Below, piece after piece: positions 28,101 to 64,000 of a DNA stretch of 64,000 bases. The notes beneath the pieces are model-generated. The model was not told where the DNA came from. It did not search any database and worked only from the letters and a program-made list of their open reading frames with translations. Position numbers and translations under genes: made by a program. Position 1 is the first letter of the stretch. Every line of letters starts with the position of its first letter. The DNA is from Mytilus edulis (taxonomy: Eukaryota), in the NCBI RefSeq assembly GCF_963676685.1, contig NC_092345.1, positions 52,142,001-52,206,000 on the forward strand, read 5' to 3'.

Positions 28101-31100
28101 GCATGATTTGTCCAATTTCGACTGAAGCAATATGAACGCTCCATATGAGAGTTATTTCCCTTTTTGTATTTGAAATTTTGAAATGTATTTTAAACTGGAA
28201 CACCATAAGTGATAGAGACCTAGGATCTTTTGATTTGAGGTCCTTGGTCCAAAAAAATGAAAATTAGGTCAAGGTCAAAGGTCAAGGTCATATTCTAATT
28301 TTTGAATTTGTCTTATTTTCACTCATTTTCATTAACCTTATAAGATATTGACAAATTATTTTGTATAAATTGTTAGTTGCGACATGTGGTAACTAAATAA
28401 TTTTAGTTGAAAGGGTGCGTAAACAATGAATGGGAGTTTTAGCCCTTATCATATTTTAAATTATGTTTAAAGTGATATAACTTATTAACCATACATATTA
28501 GAGACTAGGGTCTTTTGATTTGAAATCCTCAGTTTGTGACCTTGAAATTGAGGTCAAGGTCATAGGTTAATTTGACGTTCTAGATTTTGAACTTTGCTTT
28601 AAATTCATATCTATACATCATAAAGCCATATGAACTGACATTTTAGACTGATTTTTTATATTTTAATATCAAAATAGATATTAACTGGTGGAAAGACCTT
28701 CAATTGTTCTCTGAACAATTGGTTTTTAATTGTGTTTTATTTTTGTACTATCAATTCCAAGTTTACTTTCCACAGCAGTCACTGAGAGTGAGAGAAGGTA
28801 TTTCACTTCGTATCTTATCACCGTTAATTCTAGGAGGAACCCCAATTCTAACTCTTTAAATATTAATTTCCTTTGGGTCAGTGCTCTGTTTAAATTGAGA
28901 TCGTTCTTAATATAATACGATGATAATCGACATCTAACAAGTTAAGTTTTCTTGACGAGTCGTATTGTATTTCGATTTTGACGGAAAATACTTCTGGAAG
29001 GGAGACAACTCGAAACGATAATATGAAAGACTCCATGTCAATTATGCAACAACAATAACCCTCAATAGCAGACAGACATAGAAAAAATCCCATGAGTTTC
29101 AAACTAATCAATGAAGCAAGGAATCCAGAGCAACCACTCAATCTGATACCCCTTGAAATTAAGAAAACTATACGCATGCGCATTAATACATAAGCAAACC
29201 CCCGACTTGGAACAAGAACTTTTATTAAATGATATGGTGAATGGTTTCCATTTCTTTTATGAGAGTACTGTATCAAATCATCAAATATCAGTTTCATAAC
29301 GGTAAAATATGGAAAAACTCCACTTCAGTTCTTATATGACAGAAATAGAATTATCGGAATTCAGAGAACTTTCGCATTTATGAAAACTGGGGAATTCCCT
29401 CTGACGTGTTTCTAAATTTATAAAAACACTAAATATAAATACTGCTTAATTCTGATTTTCCGTGTTGTTAAAAACATGCACATATGTCAAGGAAAATATC
29501 AAACATAAATATTATGAGAAGAACATTACAGGAAAGTTGTTTATGTTCAATCCTTTTGCTTGTTTATACCTTTTAAAGCAAGACAATCATAAAAATATGA
29601 GATGTTGCCGAATGTTTAGAATAAAACGGTCGACGTGAGGGAATGCAGCCCTGAGTCAACGGTAAAAGTCTACAGATTGCTTGAAAGCAATCGTATCCCA
29701 AAAATTAGAATTCTAGGGAACCTTCGATAGATCTGACTTATTTTAGTATAATTTTTACACTTCAAGAAAAAGTTTTGACTTTGTAATTTCAATTGCTGTA
29801 TAGCTACCCATTCCAAAGATGTAGACATTTGCAATAATTTGCACATCTTTTAATTTGTATTTACATGCTCCTTTAATAAATAAGTTAACATACATGTATG
29901 ACATGAATATGCCTTAACTAAAAGTTAAAACAAGAAGCACCATACAATATTAAAAATAAAGGTAGTGATAAGCCTTGGAAGATTTAGAAATCTAGCCAGT
30001 AACATACATGTAGGGTTTTGATTGCATTTCTTTACCCCCCAAAAAATACCTTCCTCCTCCTGTTCCCTGTTTACAATCAATTATAGAACAGTTCTTAATT
30101 ACCTCTCAATGGTCTGTGTTCCCTAATTACATGTTTTAATACTAAATTCAACACTTCATTCAGGAGTATACCAATAAAATAGGAAATCTGAAACAAATTA
30201 AAATAGAAAGATTAATTAATATCCAAGTATAACTTTTTGAAATAGTTAAAATGTCAATTGGAACTATCGCTTTGCACTTTATGTTATTAGACTAGAGATT
30301 TCAAAGAGCCTGCACCACTTATATGGATTAAGAATATTGAAACAACATAGATAAAGGAAGAATTTCAAAAAAAATCATTTGTTTGTATCTGGATATATCA
30401 TTCAACTATTTATCCATAAGTACTTTTAATGTTTAAATTAACAGTCTTAAAACTCTTAATAGGAAACAAATAATGCATGTGTTTTCCTGACAATAGCACT
30501 AGCATTATCAAGAGCCTGCATATCAGTGGTTGTTGTCTGTAATATTAGTTTTTCATGTACATGTTGTGTTAAATTTCATCAATCATGCTGTTTTCAGGTA
30601 ACTAGTCATTTAGATTGTTACTTTAATCCATCATACCATGTCTTTTGACTCTGATGGAAATTTATCTGACCAACAATCATATCCTTTTTTTTTAAAGGTG
30701 TGTAAATCTGAACAAAAACTAAGTAATTACACTTCCATTTGATACACAGATCTGTTATATTTTACACTACAGCTAAGGTGGATTTTGTTATGACCACCCC
30801 AATGCAACAGATGGGCAACATTTCTAGCCTTGTCCACTCTGCCCAATCAATTGAAAAAACAGATAAGCATTTGTAATCAATATTTTTACAACAAGAATGT
30901 GTCCATAGTACACGGATGCCCCACTCGCACTATCATTTTACATGTTCACTGGACCGTGAAATTGGGGTCAATACTTTAATTTGGCATTAAAATTAGAAAG
31001 ATCATATCATAGTTAACATGTGTACTAAGTTTCAAGTTGATTGGACTTCAACTTCATCAAAAACTACCTTGACCAAAAACTTTAACCTGAGCTTCACACT

Positions 31101-34100
31101 ATCTTCTTCTTTGTTCAGTGGACCATGAAATTGGGGTCAATACTTTAATTTGACATTAAAATTAGAAAGATCATATCATAGGGAACATGTGTACTAAGTT
31201 TCAAATTGATTGGACTTCAACTTCATCAAAAACTACCTTGACCAAAAACTTTAACCTGAAGCGGGACGAATGAACGGACGAATGAATGGACGAACGGAGG
31301 CACAGACCAGAAAATATAATGCCCCTCTACTATCGTAGGTGGGGCATAAAAAAGAGAGAATATAGCCAGAGTGGGCACAGGTAGGCTGTCCTCTGTGGGC
31401 AGGTGGAAAAAGCAAATCCACTAGGGGCCTAGGGCTGTTGTGTATGTACACAATTCATGTACTTACCGTGTGTAAATCACGTCTAAAAATAATGAGAGCA
31501 GCAAATCCAACACATACAAAAATTGGAACCAGACTAAACCATGCTAAAACATATCCAATCAAATCTCCTGGAACAGAAATATGAAAAGGTTTTAATTACG
31601 GTACAAAAAAATATTGCATTCATGATTTATTTACATTGAGTACATTTTGTAAGTAAATTATCATGTCATTTGCATGTCAAGTAAATACTTGAAAAAGTTT
31701 TCCATGTTTAGTAAAGCTGTAAGGAAAGTAAAAGTCAAAGTTGAAAGGCACTTAATTCTGTATTCGGAGCAAACATTACAATTTGATTTATATTTTTTTA
31801 AAGTTTTTCAATTCAGTCCCTTGAACCTTATTTTTCAGTAAATTTTTAAATGAATGTTTTTGAATTTGTGTTCGGTGATATAAATGATAAATAAAGTTGT
31901 TCCATCCCCAATCTTTTTGTAATATACATGAAAACATGATAAACGTCAAATTCTTTGCATGACGCACACTTTATTTGGCTTCAGTACATGTTTTTTGTTC
32001 ATAAGTTAACTAGTGTTGTCAAATTGAGCATTTGAACCTAGAAGCGATTACTAGACAATCCTTTGACTCATTAACCATTTAACCTGTAAAAGAGTTGATA
32101 TTCAAGGACTGGTCTTGTTTACAGTACAGTACATGTACAACAGGTTGAAGTTTTTAGACATTTTTTAGCATTTAAAGGTATGGCCATAGGTGTTCGAGAT
32201 AAGTATTATTCAGTAGACTTGTATCACTTATAAAGAATTTGTGACCATTGACCCCAGAACTTCACTCTTGAATTACTGACATAACAAATGTACATGATGT
32301 ATGCAACAGCCATTTTTCTTTTGTGGTGACAGACAATTTTTTTTTTCTTACAACATCAAAAGTTTTATGAGAATGGCTGTCATGTCCAGGAATGACTGAC
32401 AAACAGCAATAAGGTGTACATGTACAGTTGAAGGGTAGAATTTATACTTCTCTGTAGTGTTCTCACCAGGCCAATATACAAATGATATAACACAGTCCAG
32501 CAGTGCCCTTGAGATATATATTTTTTATCCTGCAGTGCCTTAATCATGTAAAATTGACCAGTCACTTAATACTTGATCCCTCAGCGTGTTAATTTTCATA
32601 ATTCAATTATGAAATGTAAGATAGTTTGGGATATCTACCAGGGGTCACCACACTTCAAAATTATAGGGAGAAGTCACTTCTCCCTGGCAGCCAAACAGGG
32701 AGAAGTGAAGACCCAACAGGGAGACTTCAGGGAGAAGTGAAGGCCCAACAGGGAGCCTTCAGGGAAAATCAACAGATCGCGTTTATACTTTTTATGAATA
32801 AAATTTTCTAAGAATCTATACCTTTTTGCTACTTTTCTAATCATTTGTGATTGACAATTGCTAAGGAAGTACATTTTGTAAGTCCTTGTCTTGCCATGCT
32901 TGTAGTCTGAAATACTTTTTTATTTACATGTGTACCTATGCAAATTGTCACAAAATATCATGACATAAGGACCATAAGTTAATGGCATAAGAGCTACATG
33001 TATGTTTATTCTGGTAGGTCTAAATGAATTGAAGATTTGACATGGATCAAATTATGCTGCATTTCAAAGACTTTAAAATTAAACTAAGTCCAAGAACCTT
33101 TTAAAACAAAAATAATAATCAATTGAGAAAAGTTAAAATATGGTTTCAATGTCTTTCATAGCTAAGATCATGATTCAAAAATGTATTTGTTCTTAAAATA
33201 ATATGTTATTAGAATTCAGAGAGAAAACTGTTTGACATGTGTTGAAAACGTAAAGTAAAACTGTTTATTTCAAATCGTGTATATGTAATCGCACATGTTT
33301 GCGATATTTTCATGGAAATGCCGATTTCCAAAATCAAGTTGCCGTTAGAAATGTATGTAATTGATTCTAAAACACTTCACGAGTGTTTAATATGACTAAA
33401 TCACAAAAAGTAACATCGGAAAAGTCGTATTTTTCATAACCCGAATTGAATTGGTACTTGTAAATTAAAAACAAATACGGTGCGATCCGCGTCAAAAATT
33501 CTTACTTTATATTTTTCAAAATATACGACTTTGGAAGTAAATATTGCCGTTCCTAATCAAATTCATGAGCAGATATTCATTGAAATACTGTTTAAGGACC
33601 TTTAGCTGAAACAAAGCACATGTATCAGTCTGTTAAACAAAATCCTGAACAAAAAAAACGACTGCGTTATAGTTTATAATCGTTGTGCTGGTTCCCGGCA
33701 GTGTACTAAACTACGTACGTAGTAAAAATACAAGCAGATACCAGTTGATAATATTCCGTTTTTGAAAAGAAATCTAAAAATTTTTATGGGACATCACATA
33801 TTGTCAGTAAATATAAGAAAATCAAAATTAATAGTGCATATCAATATGGATTAGGTAAACGATGAGAGTTGAAAAGATGAAATGGCGCCATCTACAATTT
33901 TCAATAACAAAGATGGCGGACAATTAACAATCATAAAAAAATCGAGATTTTTCTTTTTTCTTGCTTATAGTACACCCGGGCAAGCAATTTTTATGTTGAA
34001 GTATGATACTATCGCGGAGAAATCAGTTCTGAATTTGAGGAAAACATGCTTTGTATTTCAATACCTATCAGTCGTTTACGTTTGAATCGAGAATTTCTCA

Positions 34101-37100
34101 AAAACCATGAGGCGACATTGGGGAATTTTACTGAAAATCGAGGGCGACATAAACTTCTCCCTGGAGCTTCTCTAGAGCGAAGTGGGGAGACCTAGAGCGA
34201 CTTTGTCGCTCACTTCGCCTGGTGTGGTGACCCCTGATCTACTAGACTGTAAAATTTCTTTCTTAGAATTAAAGATTTGTTAAATTCTTTGTCATTTAAA
34301 AAGAAGAACTAGAGGCTCTAAAGAGCCTGTGTCGCTCACCTTGGTCTATGTGAATATTAAACAAAGGAAGCAGATGGATTCATGACAAAATTGTGTTTTG
34401 GTGATGGTGATGTGTTTGTACATCTTACTTTACTGAACATTCTTGCTACTTACAATTATCTCTATTCTTGCTACTTACAATTATCTCTATCTATAATGAA
34501 CTTGGCCCAGTAGTTTCAGTGGAAAATGTTAGTTAAAATTTACAAATTTTATGAAAATTGTTAAAAATTGACTATAAAGGACAATAACTTCTAAGGGGGA
34601 AAATTGATCATTTCAGTCATGTTGACTTATTTGTAAATCTTACTTTGCTTAACATTATTGATGTTTACAGTTTATCTCTATCTATAATAATATTCAAGAT
34701 AATAACCAAAAACAGCAAAATTTCCTTAAAATTACCAATTCAGGGGCAGCAACCCAACAACATGTTGTCAGATTCATCTGAAAATTTCAGGGCAGATAGA
34801 TCTTGACCTGATAAACAATTTTACCCCGATGTCAGATTTGCTCTAAAGGCTGCGGTTTCAGAGTTATAAGCCAAAATCTACATTTCACCCCTATGTTCTA
34901 TTTTTAGCCATGGCGGCTATCTTGGTTGGTTGGCCAGGTCACAGGACACAATTTTTAAACAATATACCCCAATGATGATTGTGGCCAAGTTTGGTTTAAT
35001 TTGGCCCAGTAGTTTCAGAGAAGAAGATTTTTGTAAAAGATAACTAAGATTTACGAAAAATGGTTAAAAATTGACTATAAAGGGCAATAACTCCTAAAGA
35101 AATCAACAGACCATTTTGGTCTTGGTGACTTATTTGTAGATCTTACTTTGCTGAACATTTTTGCTGTTTACAGTTTATCTCTATCTATAATAATATTCAA
35201 GATAATAACCAAAAACAGCAAAATGTCCTTAAAATTACCAATTCAGGGCAGCAACCTATCAACGGGTTGTCCAATTCATCTCAAAATTTCAGGGCAGATA
35301 GATCTTGACCTGATAAACAATTTTACCTCATGTCAGATTTGCTCTAAATGCTTTGGTTTTTGAGTGATAAGCCAAAAACTGCATTTTACCCCTATGTTCT
35401 TTTTTTAGCCATGGCGGCCATCTTGGTTGGTTGGCCAGGTCACCGGACACAATTTTTTAACTAGATACCCAAATGATGATTATGGTCAAGTTTGGTTTAA
35501 TTTGGCCCAGTAGTTTCAGAGGAGAAGATTTTTGTAAAAGATGACTAAGATTTACGAAAAATGGTTAAAAATTGACTGTAAAGGGCAATAACTCCTAAAG
35601 GGGTCAACAGACCATTTTGGTCCTGTTGACTTATTTGTAGATCTTACTTTACTGAACATTTTTGCTGTTTACAGTTTATCTCTATCTATAATAATATTCA
35701 AGATAATAACCAAAAACGGCAAAATTTCCTTAAAATGACCAATTCAGGGGCAGCAACTTATCAACGGGTTGTCCGATTCATTTCAAAATTTCAGGGCAGA
35801 TAGATCTTGACCTGATTAACAATTTTACCCCATGTCAGATTTGCTCTAAATGCTTTGGTTTTTGAGTTATAAGCCAAAAACTGCATTTTACCCCTATGTT
35901 CTATTTTTAGCCATGGCGGCCATCTTGGTTGGTTGGCCGGGTCACCGGACACAATTTTTAAACTAGATACCCCAATGATGATTTTGGCCAAGTTTGGTAA
36001 AAATTGGCCCAGTAGTTTCAGAGGAGAAGATTTTTGTAAAAGCTAACGACGACGACGACGACGGACGACGGACGACGGACGCCAAGTGATGAGAAAAGCT
36101 CACTTGGCCCTTTGGGCCAGGTGAGCTAAAAAGGTTTACATGCTTCAATTTTTGGTGCCTTAACAATTTCTTGGCTAAACACCGCTCCAGCACTATTCAC
36201 CTTATTGCAATTTGTCCGCCATCACTGGACACCGCTTTTAGGTTCGCGAAAAATTTTGACATTACAGTCATGACAGTAGAAAATATCAGCAGACACAATG
36301 GAAAAGTGGTTGTTAAATGACGTCAAAAGTTCAACTGGCACAGATTCTAAGGGTCAAGCGAAACAGATTTTCAAATAGTGATAAGATGTACCCAAAGGGG
36401 TTTGTTACAATTTGCTGTGACAGTGTTTACTATCCGTACGAAGAACATTTCTGGAATAGAATGAATCGAGGACCTACATTTGAAAATGAAAGTACTATAG
36501 CAAAATCTACCGGAAAATATATTTTCGGCACTCTCTGGAGTTTACCATAATATGACAAAGAAACACAGTGTGTACCTAATAACTCCCGTCATTTTGACAT
36601 TATTGAAACCTAAAATACAGTGGACTTCCAAAAAACGTGACAACTATCGTAAACTCCAGAGAGTGCGGAAAATATATTTTCCTGTAGGTGTAGCTTTAGG
36701 ACTTTCATTTTCAAATGTAGGTCCTTGATTCATTCTATTCCAGAAATGTTGAGTTTGTTTTAAGGATTACAATAGTTATAGAGGTTACTTAAGGGAATAA
36801 ATATATGTCATTGAAGATATACATGTAATTCAAGTGGGAAGAGATTTATTCAGATCACAATGTAAGTGAAAGTCTTAAAAAAAAATTTTAAACAATAATT
36901 TGAAGCATTGTGGCAAATGAGCTTCCTCCCTTGTGATTTTTTCGGGGTTTGTATGGATAGTAAACCCGCAAAATGATTTTTTGTAACAAACCCCTATGAT
37001 GTACAGTCAGACCTGGACCTCAGAACAAATTGAATGTTTTTCAATGCAATATTCTTAGGCATGTTAATGTTACAAGTACCAACTTTCTCATTGGACTTCG

Positions 37101-37353
37101 AAATTTTGTAAATAATGATATGATTATCTTCAATTTGGGATAATGTAGGCATTAATGTATCAATCAATATTGTTAATTTATGGGCCTATATTCATTTTAA
37201 ACGCGGTGGTGCTGTTTTTCATTACTGACATTAGCTCATAACTAGACCTTTAGGATATTCCACATGAGTTAACGATATAGACTTCCATTGTATGGTTTGT
37301 GTGCTACTTTCTAAGACATCAGGTGCCAAATTTCCAGTGTTGACATCTGCCAT
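22095..37353 (-). CDS. DOLPP1: Dolichyldiphosphatase 1 (PAP2-family ER phosphatase), 8 exons, 246 aa
   Basis: Minus-strand exons 37353-37248, 31567-31467, 30187-30103, 27135-27039, 25955-25863, 23985-23857, 22675-22586, 22134-22095; total 741 nt, phases consistent. Motifs: [16 protein letters not shown]1 [10 protein letters not shown]2 [11 protein letters not shown]3 [25 protein letters not shown]-terminus [12 protein letters not shown]. Confidence 0.96.
22586..22675 (-). CDS. DOLPP1: DOLPP1 exon 7 ([22 protein letters not shown]...EAR)
   Basis: cag acceptor, gtaagt donor. Confidence 0.95.
22697..23450 (+). mobile_element. 5'-truncated CR1/L2-type LINE 3' end in DOLPP1 intron 6
   Basis: RT C-terminus [51 protein letters not shown] with one internal stop; 3' UTR, AATAAA and (TTG)n tail. 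Confidence 0.9.
23857..23985 (-). CDS. DOLPP1: DOLPP1 exon 6 ([11 protein letters not shown]...[10 protein letters not shown])
   Basis: cag acceptor, gtaagt donor; PAP2 C3 motif. Confidence 0.95.
24049..24416. mobile_element. Mariner-like MITE (TACTG..CAGTA) with a nested SINE-like repeat at ~24160-24318
   Basis: tactgcggattcatt ... aatgaatctacagta. The nested gttgtctcattggcaatcataccaca family also occurs at ~7850-8020, 13570-13657 and 25520-25720. A related MITE lies at ~44620-44839. Confidence 0.7.
25065..25460. mobile_element. Kolobok-like MITE at a TTAA site
   Basis: ttaaaggaggctcgtggg ... cccgcgagcctccttaa. Confidence 0.75.
25863..25955 (-). CDS. DOLPP1: DOLPP1 exon 5 ([13 protein letters not shown]...LYSR)
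   Basis: cag acceptor, gtaagt donor. Confidence 0.94.
27039..27135 (-). CDS. DOLPP1: DOLPP1 exon 4 ([18 protein letters not shown]...)
   Basis: cag acceptor, gtgagg donor; PAP2 C2 motif. Confidence 0.95.
27801..28722 (+). mobile_element. Helentron-associated non-autonomous element (HINE-like)
   Basis: subTIR AGGTCTTTCCAC / GTGGAAAGACCT, 5' hairpin, 3' hairpin CAATTGTTC-TCT-GAACAATTG, T-rich flanks. Confidence 0.75.
30103..30187 (-). CDS. DOLPP1: DOLPP1 exon 3 (ISYFIG...[12 protein letters not shown])
   Basis: cag acceptor, gtaatt donor; PAP2 C1 motif. Confidence 0.95.
30890..31352 (-). mobile_element. HINE-like element with 169-bp core repeats and (GACG/GTCC)n microsatellite
   Basis: Same family as 45545-47048; partial copies at ~20333-20524 (minus) and ~43970-44240 (plus). 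Confidence 0.85.
31467..31567 (-). CDS. DOLPP1: DOLPP1 exon 2 ([13 protein letters not shown]...FRRDLHT)
   Basis: cag acceptor, gtaagt donor. Confidence 0.95.
32639..34236. mobile_element. Non-autonomous DNA transposon, 15-bp TIR CAGGGGTCACCACAC, 6-bp TSD ATCTAC
   Basis: Perfect TIRs and TSD (32633-32638 / 34237-34242); subterminal AGGGAGA / AGAGCGA repeats. Confidence 0.9.
34307..36131 (-). mobile_element. HINE/Helentron-like element with three ~502-bp internal tandem repeats and (GAC)n/(GACG)n microsatellite
   Basis: Terminal hairpins AGAGGCTC-TAAA-GAGCCT and AGCTCAC..TGGCCC-TTT-GGGCCA..GTGAGCT; repeat landmarks at 34568, 35071, 35572. Confidence 0.85.
36444..36750. repeat. Imperfect ~105-bp-arm inverted repeat (MITE remnant) in DOLPP1 intron 1
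   Basis: aacatttctggaatagaatgaatc...ctctctggagttta pairs with taaactccagagag...gattcattctattccagaaatgtt. Confidence 0.8.
37248..37353 (-). CDS. DOLPP1: DOLPP1 exon 1 (MADVNTG...SLTHVEYPK)
   Basis: ATG at 37353; atypical donor AAG/gtctag. Confidence 0.9.
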
Positions 37354-37497
37354 ATTGACCGGAAATCGATTGCAACGCAAGCAGCAGCCAACCGACTAAT
37401 CGCCAAAAGAATGCAATTGATTGGTTAAAAGCAAAACGAAAGTAGGGTTTGATTGAGAAATGAATTTTGATTGGTTTGAATAAAATTAGAAACAAAC
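37354..37497. promoter_or_regulatory. Compact bidirectional promoter shared by DOLPP1 and QTRT1
   Basis: Only 144 bp separate the divergent ATGs. Two inverted CCAAT/NF-Y boxes (TGATTGGTT at 37418-37426 and 37468-37476) and an ETS-type ACCGGAAAT at 37358-37366. Confidence 0.75.
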
Positions 37498-61111
<23,614 letters not shown>

Positions 61112-61465
61112 TGCTAATAAATTCATTGGTAACTCATATAGTTATTTTTGGTGCCTCTGAAATATTTCTGGGAAACTTGAAGTCACTGATTGACCACTAC
61201 ATTAAGAATTACTATTCTTCTATTGCATTTGCACTTCTGTCATCATGAAAATGCTTCAACTCATTCATGTCATTGTTTATCCTGCTTGATGCTTAAAAAT
61301 ATATATAGTAATTTCAGTTCTTGAAAATTTTTAGTATGCAAATATAAATTATTTTATTAATGGTTCCCAAGTGATACCTTATTTGTGCATTGAATAAATG
61401 ACCTTGCTCCAGGGTTCACCTAGACAAAACTTGGCAATTAATGTAATAACCTCTGCCCATATGAT

Positions 61466-61619
61466 CAGTGGTGGATCCAAAGGGGGGATTCCGGGGGTTG
61501 GAACCAGGAACCCCCCTTTATTTTGGACGATCAATGCATTTGAATGGGGACATACAGTTGGAACCCCCCTTTATCCTGGGTTGGGAACCCCCCTTTTTAA
61601 ATGGCTGGATCCACCCCTG
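61466..61619. mobile_element. Second copy of the CAGTGG(C/T)GGATCC MITE, 5-bp TSD (ATGAT)
   Basis: Shares the internal GATCAATGCATTTG with 797-970; ATGAT on both sides. A right-half fragment also lies at ~8765-8855. Confidence 0.85.
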
Positions 61620-62201
61620 ATGATATCCACATGTGTACGAGTATTCACAGTCAGTTATCATGTATACTAGTTTACTGGTACATTAAGCTGTATGATTTAG
61701 TGTACAGTTACATCTTAGAGACTGAGCCTGTGGCATAAAGATGAAAGTCATATGCTTGACATTTCACAGTCCACTGGCTTTTAATATTAAAACTAAATTC
61801 AGTTCAAAGTTAAAGTTATAGAATACTGGCATTTTTGTTTTTGATACCGACTTAATCAGCAAGAATATCATGCCAGCCCGCTAGGGGTCTTAGGTTTAGC
61901 TTATATTCAAGCTGATGAAGGCGGTATCCAGAAAAATAAAATGACATTATTCTCCGTATCACCAATGTGTCTTATATATATTTTGGTTGAGAATATGAGA
62001 TAAAATAAAAAAAAACTATTTTTACGTGTACAAAACGTTGTGATAGTTGTTCAGTTATATGAATGAAGTCGCATGCATTTCATTGATAAATTGACACAGA
62101 TGGACATGAGCATGTGACGTTGCTGAACTGATACATGACATCATTGCCTTATATTTTCAAGTATTAAGTCATGTCTATGATATTAAAAATATTAGGCATT
62201 A

Positions 62202-63459
62202 CAGTGACTTGACTGTAAGTGTTGCTATCCACCAATTGCAATTCATTCAAAATTTTGACCAAATTGCAATTTGTTTTATTAAACCAAATTGTTCAACTGG
62301 TCAGAAATTTGAACCAACTGCTGTAGAAAACCACAGTCAAGACTGAAAATGCAAGGTGATAAAATAAAACATACTTACAATCCTATTAGACTTTAACTCC
62401 ACTTTATTGATGGTATTTTTAAATCAGTCTATCAATCTGTATAGTTATATTATAGCCGTTACCATACTAAAGGTGAACTGTTTTATTTTTAATTGCTATA
62501 AAAATGTCCAAACTAAGCTTTTATATAGTTTTTCTTTCGAAAAGTATTCTATATTCATAAGAATCACACATTATGTGAATAAAAACATTTCATATTCAGT
62601 AAAATATTTGTGAAATTGCAATATGTTTGTAGGAAGGGGAGATAATCTTTTTTGGTTTCAAAAAATCTTTATTCAAAAGAATAGTATTTTAGGTTATCTC
62701 CACAAGGAAACTTATCAATAGCATATTTTTATTTCACACATATTTTACTGAATATATGATGTATTATTTTAAATGATATATGATTCTTATAAATATAAAA
62801 TCCTTTTCAAAAGAAAAACTATATAAAAGGTTAGCTTGGACATTTTTATAGCAATAAAAAATAAAAAGGATTTTATATTCATAAGAATCATATATCATTT
62901 AAAATAATACATCATATATTCAGTAAAATATGTGTGAAATAACAATATGCTATTGATAAGTTTCCTTGTGGAGATAACCTAAAATACTATTCTTTTGAAT
63001 AAAGATTTTTTGAAACCAAAAAAGATTATCTCCCCTTCCTACAAACATATTGCAATTTCACAAATATTTTACTGAATATGAAATGTTTTTATTCACATAA
63101 TGTGTGATTCTTATGAATATAGAATACTTTTCGAAAGAAAAACTATATAAAAGCTTAGTTTGGACATTTTTATAGCAATTAAAAATAAAACAGTTCACCT
63201 TTAGTATGGTAATGGCTATAATATAACTATACAGATTGATAGACTGATTTAGTAATACCATCAATAAAGTGGAGTTAAAGTCTTATAGGATTGTAAGTAT
63301 ATTTTATTTTATCACCTTGCACTTTCACATTTTGACCGAACAATTTGTTCAATATTCTGACCAGTTGAACAATTTGATTTTATAAAACAAATTGCAATTT
63401 GGTCAAAATTTTGAATGAGTTGCAATTGGTGGATAGCAACACTAACAGTCAAGTCACTG
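62202..63459. mobile_element. Large foldback element (Tc1/mariner-type ends, TA TSD) with ~600-bp inverted arms
   Basis: TA|CAGTGACTTGACTGT ... ACAGTCAAGTCACTG|TA; the mirror ORFs 62407-62613 (+) and 63058-63264 (-) are nearly identical. Confidence 0.9.
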
Positions 63460-64000
63460 TAAGATCAAAGGGAAAATGTAAAAATTGCCGATAAATTTGT
63501 GCACAGAGGAATTTATTAGAGATTAAAAGTGGAAAATGATTGCCGCGGTGAATAATGGGCAATTGTTTACAGTAACAAATAAGGCGGTAGAAAAAAGCGG
63601 AGCATAAACAGATGATACGATTAGTTACCTCCTTAGATTATATTACCTATTTACCTTATTGCAAATAACGGGTTAAAAAGGAGAAGCATGATCAAAAGTG
63701 TACACCTTCATCACAATGGAATTTAACAACACATGTTTGCAACGTCAACATTATTTTGATGTGAACAATTTAAAAGCGGAGCAAAGACGTAAACTTATGA
63801 AACATAGTGATGTTGATCTAATTGAAACTAATGCAAATTGTTACCAGTTGGAGGAAAATCTGTTGAGAAAGTGTGTTGAAGAAAATGAAGACACTTATGT
63901 ATGTGATGCATGTTTTAAATCTCTTAAATTCATATACAACAGCCAGAAAAAAATGCAAACAGTTGACTGACACTCTCAAAGAAAAAGTTTTAAATAACTT

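Noticed and set aside
28890-29297. 135-aa minus-strand ORF in DOLPP1 intron 3
   Set aside because: No recognisable motif or splice context; likely part of an unclassified repeat.
62407-63264. Two nearly identical 68-aa ORFs on opposite strands
   Set aside because: They are mirror images within the foldback element.

Overview
AT-rich animal genomic DNA; the repeat families suggest a bivalve mollusc, probably Mytilus-like (inference). Two conserved housekeeping genes sit head-to-head with only 144 bp between their start codons. DOLPP1 (dolichyl-diphosphatase 1) is on the minus strand, 8 exons, 22095-37353, 246 aa. QTRT1 (queuine tRNA-ribosyltransferase catalytic subunit) is on the plus strand, 9 exons, 37498-61111, 423 aa. 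QTRT1 intron 6 holds a young, structurally complete DIRS1-type tyrosine-recombinase retrotransposon (50067-55273) with identical ITRs, an ICR, intact overlapping RT-RNaseH-methyltransferase and recombinase ORFs, and a damaged gag. The most unusual structure lies directly after it: a 13-unit tandem array (55428-56262) built from QTRT1 catalytic exon 7 itself. It creates 12 upstream decoy 3' splice sites that all lead to premature stops. The ancestral intronic acceptor now feeds a dead copy, and the functional exon must use an acceptor made from duplicated coding sequence. A candidate unannotated 97-aa single-pass membrane protein gene lies at 2582-4735 (minus). The rest is dense in non-autonomous DNA transposons (hAT-like, Kolobok-like, Mariner-like, Ginger-like), Helentron/HINE-like elements, minisatellites and LINE/Penelope relics.
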